The translations under genes and the position numbers were made by a program. The notes under the pieces are model-generated. The model was not told the origin of the DNA and did no database searches. It saw nothing but the letters and a program-made list of their open reading frames with translations. From Trueperaceae bacterium (GTDB lineage: Bacteria > Deinococcota > Deinococci > Deinococcales > Trueperaceae), in assembly GCA_965215565.1 (NCBI GenBank), contig CBDCDZ010000004.1, forward strand, positions 3,808,001 through 3,872,000: DNA of 64,000 nucleotides. The letters are read 5' to 3'. Of this stretch, positions 21,329 through 32,849 are shown piece after piece. Numbering within the stretch: position 1 is the first letter of the stretch; every line of letters starts with the position of its first letter.

Positions 21329-21628
21329 ATGATTAAAAAGCAACAAGTCAAAAGCCGCAACGTCTGCAAAGTCACCTTCGAACTGCCCGCCGACTTCGAA
21401 GCGGACGCCGTTCACCTCGTCGCGGATTTTACCGATTGGCAAGAGGTTCCTTTTGACAAGCAGAAAAGTGGTAAGTGGAAGCTGGTGCAAGAGGTGGAAC
21501 CCGGCAAAGACTACCAGTTCCGCTACCGCGCCCTCCATAACGACCACGACCACTACTTCAACGACCCCGACGCGGATAGCACTGTGCAGAATGACCAGGG
21601 GACGGAGAATGCGGTGATTAGCTGCTAG
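21329..21628 (+). CDS. Isoamylase early-set/CBM48-like glycogen-binding protein
   Basis: KVTFELP, LVADFTDW, YQFRY, NDPDAD. Confidence 0.85.
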   Translation: MIKKQQVKSRNVCKVTFELPADFEADAVHLVADFTDWQEVPFDKQKSGKWKLVQEVEPGKDYQFRYRALHNDHDHYFNDPDADSTVQNDQGTENAVISC

Positions 21629-21632
21629 ATAG

Positions 21633-21669
21633 GAGAGGTCCGCAACGTTCGTAAAGTTGCGGACCTCTC
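21633..21669. terminator. Hairpin between convergent genes
   Basis: GAGAGGTCCGCAAC-N9-GTTGCGGACCTCTC. Confidence 0.7.
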
Positions 21670-21687
21670 GAGAGTTGGGACTTAAAC

Positions 21688-22005
21688 CTAGTCGCTGAAG
21701 CGAAAAGGGTCAACTGGAATACAAGCGTCTTCCAAGCACACCCAGATGTAGTAGTGGTCCACCTCTGCGCCGCTCACATCGGTAATGCTTTCATGCGTTC
21801 CCTCCTGCAAGTCGAACGCTAGCTCGCCGATCAAAGCAGCAGGAAGAATTGAGGTGGCGTCTTCGGTGACCTCACCTTTTATCATGATGTAAACGTCATC
21901 TTCTGGACGGTATTCCATCGTCTCTACTGCGACATCTTCTTCGCAGCCGAGAAGCGCGAATAGAACGAGGATAAAGGCTAAACTTCTGTAGGTTGTAATT
22001 TTCAT
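21688..22005 (-). CDS. Small lipoprotein ending ...CLEDACIPVDPFRFSD
   Basis: GGGAGG RBS; MKITTYRSLAFILVLFALLG-C lipobox; directly downstream of the HD-GYP gene. Confidence 0.8.
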   Translation of the reverse strand: MKITTYRSLAFILVLFALLGCEEDVAVETMEYRPEDDVYIMIKGEVTEDATSILPAALIGELAFDLQEGTHESITDVSGAEVDHYYIWVCLEDACIPVDPFRFSD

Positions 22006-22060
22006 CTGTTCCTCCCTTGAACGAGACGAGATGTTGAGCACCTTTGAGCACGGTTGTGTA

Positions 22061-22990
22061 TTAGGGTTTCATCGCGCTCACCACCTCGAGAAACGCTTGG
22101 AGAATCTCGCTCGGGTAATGCCGACCTGCGAAGCGCGTGAGTTCAGCGATAGCTTCGTCGTGGTTCAGTGCGCGGCGGTAAGGGCGGTTGCTTGTCATCG
22201 CGTCGTAAGCGTCAGCGATTGCTACGATATAAGCTTCGGTAAGTATTTCTTCTCCAGATAAACCGTAGGGATAACCGCTCCCGTCGAGCCTCTCGTGATG
22301 CTGCTCGATGATGGGTCCAGCCTCTTTCATAAAGGTTCGTTCAACCATCTCTCGACCGAAGGTAGGGTGCTTTTTGATAATATCCCATTCCAAAGGTGTG
22401 AGGGCGGAAGGCTTATTGAGTATCTCTACAGGTACATCTACTTTTCCTACATCGTGTAGATAAGCACCATAATCGAGATAGTGGAGGCGATGATGAGGTA
22501 GTCCTAGTACTTTGCCTGCTTCGTAAGAGAGTACCTTCAAGCGACCACAATGGTTCGCTGTGTAACCGTCTTTCTGCTCGACCTCAACGGCGAGTTGCCT
22601 CAGCTCATGTAGTTCGCTGCTGATATGGTGAAAGAAAGGGTACGACGTGAGATATAAAAACTCGACGCTTGTCTCCGTAGTGAAAATGACGGGTTGCTCT
22701 AAATCTTCAGCGATGAGGTAGTCGCCAGAGTTTATTCTTAGTGGTCCTGTAGGCAAGTCACACCGCAACATACCTTTCAGAATGAAGTAAATTTCAGTTA
22801 CCTTGTTATCCTCAGCGGGCGTAAGTGTAATTCGCTTGCCGACTTTCATGGTTGTTCTTACTAGTTCGGCTGTAAGGCGGGTAGATAGAAGGTGAATTTC
22901 GCCCGTATTGGAGCGAGTGACCTCGAGGCTCTCCCCCTGCCGCTTCACACTCAAGCCTTTGGGTAGCGCAGGGATTTTTTCATCGGGCAT
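22061..22990 (-). CDS. Cupin-like + HD-GYP domain protein (probable c-di-GMP phosphodiesterase)
   Basis: EIYFILKG cupin-like strand; YTANH, LHDVGK, HHERLDGSGYPYGL, ADAYDAMTSNRPYR; TATAGT 6 nt before MPDEK. Confidence 0.9.
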   Translation of the reverse strand: MPDEKIPALPKGLSVKRQGESLEVTRSNTGEIHLLSTRLTAELVRTTMKVGKRITLTPAEDNKVTEIYFILKGMLRCDLPTGPLRINSGDYLIAEDLEQPVIFTTETSVEFLYLTSYPFFHHISSELHELRQLAVEVEQKDGYTANHCGRLKVLSYEAGKVLGLPHHRLHYLDYGAYLHDVGKVDVPVEILNKPSALTPLEWDIIKKHPTFGREMVERTFMKEAGPIIEQHHERLDGSGYPYGLSGEEILTEAYIVAIADAYDAMTSNRPYRRALNHDEAIAELTRFAGRHYPSEILQAFLEVVSAMKP

Positions 22991-23230
22991 AGAGAAACTA
23001 TACACACCTTTTGGGAATGTGATAGAAAAATGTGAAGTTGTACGTGTAGTTAGCGCGGTTGACCTCAACATCTCTTATCCCCTGAATAAATCTGTGTGGA
23101 TTTCGCGCAGAGAGTGATGATAAGAACGTGTTGCGCAGTCCTATGTTAAGGAATTCACCCTTTTAGAGATATGGAAAATTTAACACCTGTTTTCCCTGGA
23201 CTTCGGCGCGTTTTGCAAGTTAAGGTCATA

Positions 23231-23256
23231 ACTGAAGTGACATTTTGCACTTCAGT
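23231..23256. promoter_or_regulatory. Perfect 9-bp inverted repeat upstream of the small peptide gene
   Basis: ACTGAAGTG-N8-CACTTCAGT. Confidence 0.5.
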
Positions 23257-23277
23257 AAGTTTGGAGAGGAGATAGAG

Positions 23278-23403
23278 GTGAAAACATTGCGAGTTTTAGT
23301 GGTTCTATTAACGCTTAGCGGTTTTGGCATGGTGCTGGCGGCGGAGTCGAACCCGCAGAGCGACGATACACCTGTGACGAATCCTTTTCGTTTTGACAAC
23401 TGA
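23278..23403 (+). CDS. 41-aa secreted peptide precursor MKTLRVLVVLLTLSGFGMVLAAESNPQSDDTPVTNPFRFDN (not in ORF track)
   Basis: GGAGAGGAG RBS, GTG start, Sec-type signal peptide (VLA|A), downstream terminator. Confidence 0.78.
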   Translation: MKTLRVLVVLLTLSGFGMVLAAESNPQSDDTPVTNPFRFDN

Positions 23404-23420
23404 AAGCTGGCTTCAATAAC

Positions 23421-23453
23421 GAAAGAGCGCACCTCAGCGGGTGCGCCCTTTTT
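23421..23453. terminator. Probably bidirectional terminator
   Basis: AAAGAGCGCACC-tcagcg-GGTGCGCCCTTTTT. Confidence 0.7.
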
Positions 23454-23478
23454 ACTTTCAAGCGGTTGAGTCAGGACT

Positions 23479-25728
23479 TTAGAACGTCAATACCTCTTCA
23501 TGCGAGCGTAAGCCGTCGGAGAAGGTTAGGTTTAAGGTGTTGCTCCGCGTTTCTAAAACAACCTCACCACTCTCGTCCATTGCTAAGACATTGCCTTGAG
23601 CGTCGCGAACGATCACGGCGTTGTAGGCGCTAACGTCCCAGGTGAGGGTTACTTTGCCGTTTGCGCGCTTCACTTCGGTCTTCTGCGCGGACTGCGTGCG
23701 GAGCGTCATGCCTTGCTCGGCGAGGACGTTGCCGCTACGCTCGACGCGCAGGCTTACGAGGTCACGCGCCTCACCTTCGCTGAGGGGCACGGCGAGGTTG
23801 AAACCGGAGAAGCTGTCAGTAAGGATGTCCGCTACGCTCTGGGTGCTGAAGGGCACATTGAAGAGGGTGCGTCCGGCGCTGTCCGTACCGATGAGGGTGT
23901 AAGGACCGGGTGTCGGGGTGTCGGCGGCAGCCTTTGCTCTAAAGACGGGGTTGAGCGTCACCGCGCCGCGCTCGACGCTGCCGCTCACGATGAGAGCGTT
24001 TTGAGGCAGGCTCTGGCTCCCTAAAGCTTGACTTTGAATGTTGTAGGCGTGGTTCTGGCGGTGCTCTAAGATGCCGTCGTAGGTGTAGTCGCTGATCCAG
24101 GCGGGGTTGCAGTAACCCATGATGTCGGCGTGGCCGCTCGGCGCTTTGAGGGTCTGCGTGCTCTTATCGAAGCCCCACACGCCGATCTGGCCCTCATCGT
24201 GCGGGTAGTGCTTGTCGCCGCTAACTTTGCAGGGCGCGTGGCTGCGGTTCCAGTTGTGACCTAGCTCGTGCGCCATGACCTTGCTGCGGCTTCCCGCTCT
24301 GTTCCAACCCACCGAGACGGGCTTGCCACCTACCCAGCCTACCCCCGCAATGCCGCTGCTGTAGCCGGGGGCCACCACGCCGTAGTAGAGGTCCGTGCTG
24401 CCGTCCATTGCGCGCAAATTCGTGAGTTGCGATAAGAGCGTGTTCCAGCCCCTATCGTTTCTCGCCTCTAGCGTGCCGCTAAAGGTGTAAGGCTCGTGGA
24501 CCGTGACGTTGATCTTGCTGAGCGGGTACATCAAGCGGGTCTGCTGCAAGAGGTCGTCTTGCGCTGCCTGGTCGAGCGTGGGCGCGCTGCCCCCGTAGCT
24601 TACAGGCACGAGCGTGAGGTTGAGCGTGGGCGCTTGCGTGACGCTGAGGGCGACGAAGCCCGAGGCGGGGTAGCGGTTGTTCGCTTCGTCGCGCTCAGCG
24701 ACTTCGTTGTCCGGGTCGATCTCCACCGCAACCCTGAGACCGGGGGTGATGAGCGCTTCGTCCAACATGGCGTTAAAGGTGCTGCCGAGGTCACCCTCGT
24801 CCGTTTGAGTGGGGACGCTCGCGGGACTGGAGAGGTCGAGGTGCCCTTCGACTTGACCGTTTTTGTAGTGAAGGCGCACGGTGACCTCTTGACTGTTGAG
24901 CTGATTCGCGCGGACAAAGGCGCGAACCAAACCTTCGCGCTCAGCGACGAGGGCGCGGCGCTCGTGGGGAGGGCGGTGCGAGTCCGCCGCTGGCACCGCC
25001 TGGTTGATGTAAAAGCGCTCGAACTTGAGGTCTAGGGTGGCGGCGTTTTCCACATCGCAGTCGCGAACAACCGTGAGGGTTGTGTCCGCGCCGCTACCGC
25101 TGATGCTCAGCTCGGCGCGCTCACGCTTGGGCTCGGTGCAGGGGCTGACGCTCAGCTCGAGCGTGTCGCTCTCGCCCGCGCCTAACGTTCCCGAGGCGCG
25201 CGCCGGGATGAGCCAGTCTTGACTGCTCGAGAGGGTGTAGTCGCTGCTCATCTGTCCGCTATTGCTGAGCGTGACGCTGCGCGTGACCGCTCGGCTGCTC
25301 ACGCTCTCCTGTCCGCTGACGGTTAGGGTGTGGGCGCTCAGCCACCACACGGGTCCTTCGTTCACGCCGCAGGCGAGGGTCATCGGAATGACTACGGTGG
25401 GGGTGGTTGCGCCGTCCGAGGTGACGGTGAGATCGCTTTGGAGCGTGCCCGCGTCGCACTGCGCGCTGACCTCTAAGGTGCGCGCTTGGTTGGCGTCTAA
25501 ACGCCCTTTGTGTGGGGTGACGCTGACGCGCGCGTCGCTGCTCTTAACTTCGAAGGTGAGGGGCGCGCCGCCCTCGTTGGCGAGGCGCAAGGTGGTGCCG
25601 GCGCTCGAGCTTGCCACAACTGGCTCAGCGAGCTTCGCTTCGATCACCTGGTTGTCCGCGCCGCCGCACGCGGCGAGCAGCGAGACGCAGAAAAATCCCA
25701 AAATGTGTAGAACGGTACGTGCGTGCAT
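23479..25728 (-). CDS. Lipoprotein zinc metallopeptidase (M66-like) with BACON/Ig-like domains
   Basis: LLAAC lipobox, beta-rich repeats, AHELGHNWNRSHAPC zinc motif, DIMGYC Met-turn. Confidence 0.82.
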   Translation of the reverse strand: MHARTVLHILGFFCVSLLAACGGADNQVIEAKLAEPVVASSSAGTTLRLANEGGAPLTFEVKSSDARVSVTPHKGRLDANQARTLEVSAQCDAGTLQSDLTVTSDGATTPTVVIPMTLACGVNEGPVWWLSAHTLTVSGQESVSSRAVTRSVTLSNSGQMSSDYTLSSSQDWLIPARASGTLGAGESDTLELSVSPCTEPKRERAELSISGSGADTTLTVVRDCDVENAATLDLKFERFYINQAVPAADSHRPPHERRALVAEREGLVRAFVRANQLNSQEVTVRLHYKNGQVEGHLDLSSPASVPTQTDEGDLGSTFNAMLDEALITPGLRVAVEIDPDNEVAERDEANNRYPASGFVALSVTQAPTLNLTLVPVSYGGSAPTLDQAAQDDLLQQTRLMYPLSKINVTVHEPYTFSGTLEARNDRGWNTLLSQLTNLRAMDGSTDLYYGVVAPGYSSGIAGVGWVGGKPVSVGWNRAGSRSKVMAHELGHNWNRSHAPCKVSGDKHYPHDEGQIGVWGFDKSTQTLKAPSGHADIMGYCNPAWISDYTYDGILEHRQNHAYNIQSQALGSQSLPQNALIVSGSVERGAVTLNPVFRAKAAADTPTPGPYTLIGTDSAGRTLFNVPFSTQSVADILTDSFSGFNLAVPLSEGEARDLVSLRVERSGNVLAEQGMTLRTQSAQKTEVKRANGKVTLTWDVSAYNAVIVRDAQGNVLAMDESGEVVLETRSNTLNLTFSDGLRSHEEVLTF

Positions 25729-25761
25729 AAGCCCTCCCGGATACTGCTGTGGGAGGGCGTG

Positions 25762-25873
25762 TAGCAGGTCTCATCTGGTCTGAACCAGTCTCAGCAGATG
25801 AAGTGCTGTCTAACGCGCACTTGATGGTGATGATATCTGCGTGATTCAAGCTCAGTTACAGAGAACCGCTGTA
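25762..25873. mobile_element. Degenerate MITE family A copy within the peptidase 5' leader
   Basis: TAGCAGGTCTCATCTGG...GGTGATGATATCTGCG...GAGAACCGCTGTA. Confidence 0.6.
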
Positions 25874-25878
25874 ACCCG

Positions 25879-25950
25879 TCCCGTCGGTTGCACCACTGGC
25901 TCCACTCATCCCAGGTGCCCAGATACGGAATGAGTTTCATCGCTACGGAA
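25879..25950 (-). ncRNA. c-di-GMP-II riboswitch aptamer
   Basis: Minus strand UUCCGU AGCGAUGAA ACUCAUUCC GUAU CUGG GCACC U GGGAUGAGU GGAG CCAG U GGUGC AACCG ACGGGA shows all stems, the GCACC/GGUGC pseudoknot, and UGAA/GGAG and GCAACC hallmarks. Confidence 0.85.
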
Positions 25951-26229
25951 ACTTTCTATAGGTATTAAAGCAGATGCGCCCCGAGGGGGTTGTGAAGTCC
26001 TTACGCCGTCAGGAACGAGTTAAAATTGTCATGTTGGGAACTAGACCAAGGTATCGTATGGATTCTGGTTGAAGCCACGACAAAAGGCATTCGCATTTTT
26101 CCGTCGTTTGCAAAAAGAGCGAGATTTCGTAACGGCGTCTCGTGCGGTGACTGTTAGAAGGTCATGCAACCGCTGCAGAACTTTGAACGCGCTCTACAAC
26201 CACTATACTTTAAGAGGTTCAGGTGAATG

Positions 26230-26748
26230 CTAAAACAGCACCTTGGACCAGTTCAGGTCATCCAGCGGGTGAAACACGTCCACATACTCCAAGAGCACGC
26301 CCGCTGACTGGTTGCGAAACATCGCGCACTCCACGTGTTTGCCTTTGCGCTTGATGGCTTCAACGAGCTGCACGTAGTCGCCGTCGCCGCTGACGATGAG
26401 CGCGACGTCGTAGGCGTCCTCGTAGGCGAGCGCCAAAGATTCAACGGCGATAGCGACGTCGATGCCTTTTTCTACGAGCGAACCGTCGTGGCGGCGGTGC
26501 AGGCGTCCTAAACGCACCGTGACGTAGGGGATGCGCCGGAGCGACTCGAAAAAGCGCTGCTGCCCTTCGCGCAGATCGCTCTCGTAATCGTCGGTTAGGG
26601 GCGCGTTGTAGTAGTAGATGCGCACCAAGTCTCGCTCGGCGAGAAGCTGCTGGACGAAGATTTGCAAATTGACCCTGGTGTTGGAGAGGTTCTCTCTCAT
26701 GCCGTTATACAGGTTGCTGCCGTCGATAAAGATAGCGACTCGTCGCAA
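26230..26748 (-). CDS. NYN domain (LabA/DUF88) protein
   Basis: IFIDGSNLY, EKGIDV, VSGDGDY. Confidence 0.9.
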   Translation of the reverse strand: MRRVAIFIDGSNLYNGMRENLSNTRVNLQIFVQQLLAERDLVRIYYYNAPLTDDYESDLREGQQRFFESLRRIPYVTVRLGRLHRRHDGSLVEKGIDVAIAVESLALAYEDAYDVALIVSGDGDYVQLVEAIKRKGKHVECAMFRNQSAGVLLEYVDVFHPLDDLNWSKVLF

Positions 26749-26814
26749 AATACACCTCTTGATTTGAAATTCGTACCAATAAAAATTGTGATGCTGCTAA
26801 TAGTGTACTACAAG

Positions 26815-27020
26815 TAGCAGGTTACTTCGTATAGCTTCGCTCAATCAAAGTCTGTCTCACTCCGTTCGGAGCTGGTTTGAAACACTCTTACTGTCCGAAG
26901 CGACGTTTAACACGCGCATTCGGTGATGATGCTTTTGGCGTTGCCAAAACTTCCGTCTCCCGCCTTTGGCGGAAGCCTACGGAAAGCGCTCATCTGTTTC
27001 AGTATGTTTTGGAACTGCTA
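26815..27020. mobile_element. MITE family A copy
   Basis: TAGCAGG...GGAACTGCTA; core matches 9720-9870. Confidence 0.8.
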
Positions 27021-27143
27021 AAGAAACGACGAGAATTGCAGGTTCGTCGGTTCATCTCGTAAAGGTGAGCTTAACGGGCAAAGCGCCTGCTAGATATTCA
27101 TGACCTACACCCCGGACTCAGCAACCTCTCTTAGGCGCGCCGA

Positions 27144-27947
27144 TCAGCTCAGTTCCGGCTCCCCCATGCGGTGATGATCGAGCTTGACGGCGACGGTGAG
27201 GAGCAATTCCTGCACGGGCGCGTGCAGCGTGTAAGCCTCTTTGGGTAAGGGCGGGCTGTCTTTGACGAACTCGTAGTGCGCGTCAGGATCGCTTTCGGCA
27301 GCAAGAAAGCTCGAGATGAGCGCCGCTTCGCCCGACAGGTTGCCGAAGCGGGCGTGGACGAGTCGACCTTCATCGAGGACGAGGGTGGCGTTGGTTAGGC
27401 CTAAGCGCAAGAGGAGCGTGCCCGAGTTTTTCTTCTGCGTGAGCGAGGTGACGAGATCGAAGAGGGTGAGCACTTCGAACGAGCCCGACGCCTTGGCGCT
27501 TGGCAGCTGGTCAGGGCGTCCCGAGGCGCGTAGAGGCGTGTTGATTAGGGTCTGCTCCCTCGAGTCCTGCCGCGTGTCGCGCAGCTTACCGCTGCCTACC
27601 ATCAGCTTAAAAGCGGCGCGCAGCACCTCTTCGGGCGGCGCGTAGGTATGGAGCGCGGCGCTGAGCGGCGAGGTGAGCTTGTCTTTCGCCGCGGAGTCGA
27701 GCAGGATAAAGGCGGTTTGCCGAAACTTAGCGTCGCGGCGGATGAAGGCGTGAAAGTCGGTTCCTTTCATCGTGCCGACTTTCGCCGCGCAGATGAGCAG
27801 TTCCGGGTTGAAACGCGCCAACATCTCCGTCGCGGAAAACGCATCGGGTAAGACGTGCATGTCGAGCTTGTCGCCGAAGCGCGCGTAGAAGCGTTCGCCT
27901 AGAGCGCGCCCTTGCTGACGCTCCGCGATGAGGGCTAGAACGCGCAT
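27144..27947 (-). CDS. Degenerate receiver + DUF4388 (PATAN-like) protein
   Basis: SGSFEVLTLFDLVTSLTQKKNSGTLLL...GRLVHARFG...GEAAL. Confidence 0.75.
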   Translation of the reverse strand: MRVLALIAERQQGRALGERFYARFGDKLDMHVLPDAFSATEMLARFNPELLICAAKVGTMKGTDFHAFIRRDAKFRQTAFILLDSAAKDKLTSPLSAALHTYAPPEEVLRAAFKLMVGSGKLRDTRQDSREQTLINTPLRASGRPDQLPSAKASGSFEVLTLFDLVTSLTQKKNSGTLLLRLGLTNATLVLDEGRLVHARFGNLSGEAALISSFLAAESDPDAHYEFVKDSPPLPKEAYTLHAPVQELLLTVAVKLDHHRMGEPELS

Positions 27948-27951
27948 GAAA

Positions 27952-28086
27952 TAGCAGGTATCAGAGTCGTTCTCGCCAAGGCTCGGAACTGGTCAGGAAC
28001 ACGCTCACTGCAAAAAACACTGCTCAGCACGCACGTTTTAAGGTGATAGCTGCGGTGTTTTGTTTCAGTATATTCTGCGAGTGCTA
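27952..28086. mobile_element. Degenerate MITE family A copy
   Basis: TAGCAGGTATCA...GCACGCAC...TTTCAGTAT...GTGCTA; ends 4 nt from the DUF4388 start codon. Confidence 0.6.
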
Positions 28087-28224
28087 GAAAGTCACTGGGT
28101 AAGATCATAATACTAAGGCTCATTGTGCTCGAGACGCGCCCACAGCACTGCGATAACTTTCACTTGTCGGGGCGTGAGCGAAGCCCGAGAGGACTCATTC
28201 GCTCGGCAGCTAAGCCTGTTCGCG

Positions 28225-28953
28225 CTACTCCCAAACTTCCAAGTGCTCGAGCTTGTCCACGTCTGCGCCGAGGGCTGCGTCCTGGCTTAGGTAAGCGCGC
28301 ACGTCCATCTTTAGAATCTCGCTGATGCGTCCCTCTAACGCAGCGACTGAGAGCCTCCCTGCAAGGAGGCTGAGCGCAAAGCGGACGCCGACGAGCTTCG
28401 CTAAGCTGAGCGGATTTTTACGCCCTTCGTAAGCGCGCTCTACGAAGGGCAGCAGGGTGGGCAAGATACGCGGCTCTAAGAGGACGGCGTTACCGCCCGT
28501 AAACGCGCCCTCTCTAAGGTTCGCGTAGGTGCGTTTTTGCCCCGGAAACTGGCGCTCGGCTACCTCTTTAGGGATGACGGGGTACACGGCGGCGGCCGGG
28601 GGCGCGTCCCGGATAAAGGTGTCTACCGTCTGCGCTGTGAGCCAGGGTAAGTCAGCGGAGACGGCGAGTACGCGCGCCGGGTCCAGCGTTTGAGCGGCGC
28701 CCAGCCCTGCACGAAGACTCGCCGTCAAACTCTCGCCCGAGTCCAGCGTTCGCGTTGCTAAAGCGCGTATATCGGGCGTCGCGCTGCCTACATAAATAGA
28801 AGCCGAGACCGCGACACTTTCTCTCAGCGCCTCCAAAACGTAGATAGCCATCGGTTTGCCGCCGATAGGGACGAGCGCTTTCGCGGCGACGCCCATCTTT
28901 CGGGCGAGCGGGTCAGCGCGGTCTGAGCCGCCGAGAACAACGGCAACGATCAT
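28225..28953 (-). CDS. MobA-like NTP transferase
   Basis: AVVLGG, KALVPIGGKPM, SADLP, DVDK. Confidence 0.82.
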   Translation of the reverse strand: MIVAVVLGGSDRADPLARKMGVAAKALVPIGGKPMAIYVLEALRESVAVSASIYVGSATPDIRALATRTLDSGESLTASLRAGLGAAQTLDPARVLAVSADLPWLTAQTVDTFIRDAPPAAAVYPVIPKEVAERQFPGQKRTYANLREGAFTGGNAVLLEPRILPTLLPFVERAYEGRKNPLSLAKLVGVRFALSLLAGRLSVAALEGRISEILKMDVRAYLSQDAALGADVDKLEHLEVWE

Positions 28954-28968
28954 AGGTCAACCCTATCA

Positions 28969-29235
28969 CTACGCGCCTAATTTAAGCATAAGAGGCAAGG
29001 TTGCGGGCAAGCTCGCCCCGTCGAGCTGCGAGGCGGAGTCTGGATAGCCCGTGAAGTAGAGAAAGAACGAGACCGCCCCGACGACGAGGCTGACAAAGGT
29101 GAAAATAAGGCTGCCAGCGCGGTTTAAGTCCGCCTGTTCGGTGGGGCTTTGCGCTCGTTTGTGCCGTGCGCGGGTGAACCAGAGTAGACCGAGTGCGGAC
29201 CCGGCGAGCGAGATGATACCTAAGATGAGTAGCAT
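28969..29235 (-). CDS. Small two-TM membrane protein
   Basis: GGGAGG RBS, two hydrophobic segments. Confidence 0.6.
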   Translation of the reverse strand: MLLILGIISLAGSALGLLWFTRARHKRAQSPTEQADLNRAGSLIFTFVSLVVGAVSFFLYFTGYPDSASQLDGASLPATLPLMLKLGA

Positions 29236-29337
29236 AGAGCCTCCCTGCCTCTATTATCCGCGTCTCGCCGCCTAAATTTTGTGACGGAGGCTGAGTTGAA
29301 CTTCAAAAACCTCTTGCCGCAACGCTCTACCGTCCGC

Positions 29338-30600
29338 TCAGAGCAGGAGCACGATTCGCAGATCGTTGACGTTCGTGTTCGTCGCGCCCGTTTCTAAAAG
29401 CGCACCTTGCGCCCCAAAAAAGCTGTAGCTGTCGTGCGCGCCCAGAGCCTCCCTCGCGTCTTTTTGCTCTCCCCGGAGAAGCCCCGGTGTGACGAACACG
29501 CCCGCGTTGTCCTCGCTGCCGTCGATTCCGTCCGTGTCCGCGGCTAGAGCGTAGACCTCTTCCAAGCCGTCAAGCTCTAGGGCCAGCGAGAGTGCGAACT
29601 CGCTGTTGCGTCCACCCTTGCCCGCGCCGCCTTCGCCAACTGAGACCGTCGTTTCGCCGCCGCTGATGAGTGCGCATGGTCGCCCAAAAGGTTGCGCGTG
29701 GTGCGCGACTTGCCTGGCGAGCGCCGCGTGCACCTTCGCCACCTCTTTCGCTTCGCCCTCGACTGTGCTGCTCAAGATATGCGCACTGATCCCCTCGTCT
29801 CTAAAGAAGTCCGCAACCGCCTCCAAGCTCTTCTGGTTGCTCGCGATCACCGTGTTCGTGACGCGCCTAAAGATATCCGAGCCGGGTTTGGGCGTCTCCG
29901 TTATCTCGCCCCGGACGCCCCGCTCGAGATGTTGCCGCGCATCTGGCGCGTCGATCTCGTAGTGCGTCAGAATCCTCAGCGCGTCCCTAAACGTTGTCGG
30001 GTCGGGGCTCGTCGGACCCGAGGCGATGCTGGAGATGTCGTCGCCCACCACGTCCGAGAGGATGAAGCTGTGCACCCTAGCGGGCGCAGCGGCTAGGGCG
30101 AGTTGGCCCCCTTTGACCGAGGAGAGGTGTTTGCGCACGGCGTTCATCTCCTGGATCGTTGCGCCCGAACGCAAGAGGTCGCGGGTCAGCGCAGCCTTTT
30201 GTTCCAACGTCACCCCGTTAGGCGCGGTGAGGAGCGCCGAGCCGCCGCCGGAGAGGAGGCAGATGACGGTGTCATCTGCCGTGAGGTCCTCTAGCCGTTC
30301 TATAGTGCGCCGCGTCGCCTCATACCCCGCCTCGCCTGGCACAGGGTGAGACGCCTCCACGACGTTGATGCGCCCTGTCGGGAGCTTGTGTCCGTAGCGC
30401 GTGATGACCAAACCCTCTAAGCGCCCCGACGGGTAATGCGCTTCCACCACCTGCGCCATCGCCGACGCCGCTTTGCCTGCGCCGACGACCACTAGGCGTC
30501 CCGTTGGCAGCTCGGGGAGATGCTGCGGAAGGGTCAGCGAGGGATGCGCGGCGTCTACCGCTCGGTCAAAGGCGGCGCGCAGCAGCTCGAGCGCCCTCAA
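29338..30600 (-). CDS. Glycerate 2-kinase (MOFRL/GckA family)
   Basis: GAGKAA, LSGGGSAL, SGGETTV, GGRNSE, TDGIDG, TNVND; start approximate. Confidence 0.9.
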   Translation of the reverse strand: MRALELLRAAFDRAVDAAHPSLTLPQHLPELPTGRLVVVGAGKAASAMAQVVEAHYPSGRLEGLVITRYGHKLPTGRINVVEASHPVPGEAGYEATRRTIERLEDLTADDTVICLLSGGGSALLTAPNGVTLEQKAALTRDLLRSGATIQEMNAVRKHLSSVKGGQLALAAAPARVHSFILSDVVGDDISSIASGPTSPDPTTFRDALRILTHYEIDAPDARQHLERGVRGEITETPKPGSDIFRRVTNTVIASNQKSLEAVADFFRDEGISAHILSSTVEGEAKEVAKVHAALARQVAHHAQPFGRPCALISGGETTVSVGEGGAGKGGRNSEFALSLALELDGLEEVYALAADTDGIDGSEDNAGVFVTPGLLRGEQKDAREALGAHDSYSFFGAQGALLETGATNTNVNDLRIVLLL

Positions 30601-30604
30601 GGCC

Positions 30605-32662
<2,058 letters not shown>

Positions 32663-32734
32663 TCAAGTATAGCGCGCCGCGGAGCGTCGGAGACCCTTCT
32701 TACGGAGAAAGGCTGATGGAGAAACGCTAACTTC

Positions 32735-32849
32735 GCCGGTGGTTCTAAGTTAAACGTCGCCTTGTGCTCTTTCTACCACTCACTATGATGAACAAGGGGT
32801 TGAAACCCCTTGCTTTGACATCCGTGTCGTAACAGATGGCGTCACCACC
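32735..32849. mobile_element. Degenerate MITE family B copy
   Basis: Aligns with 51449-51555, including the central GAACAAGGGGTT-N2-AACCCCTTGCTTTGACATC. Confidence 0.65.
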
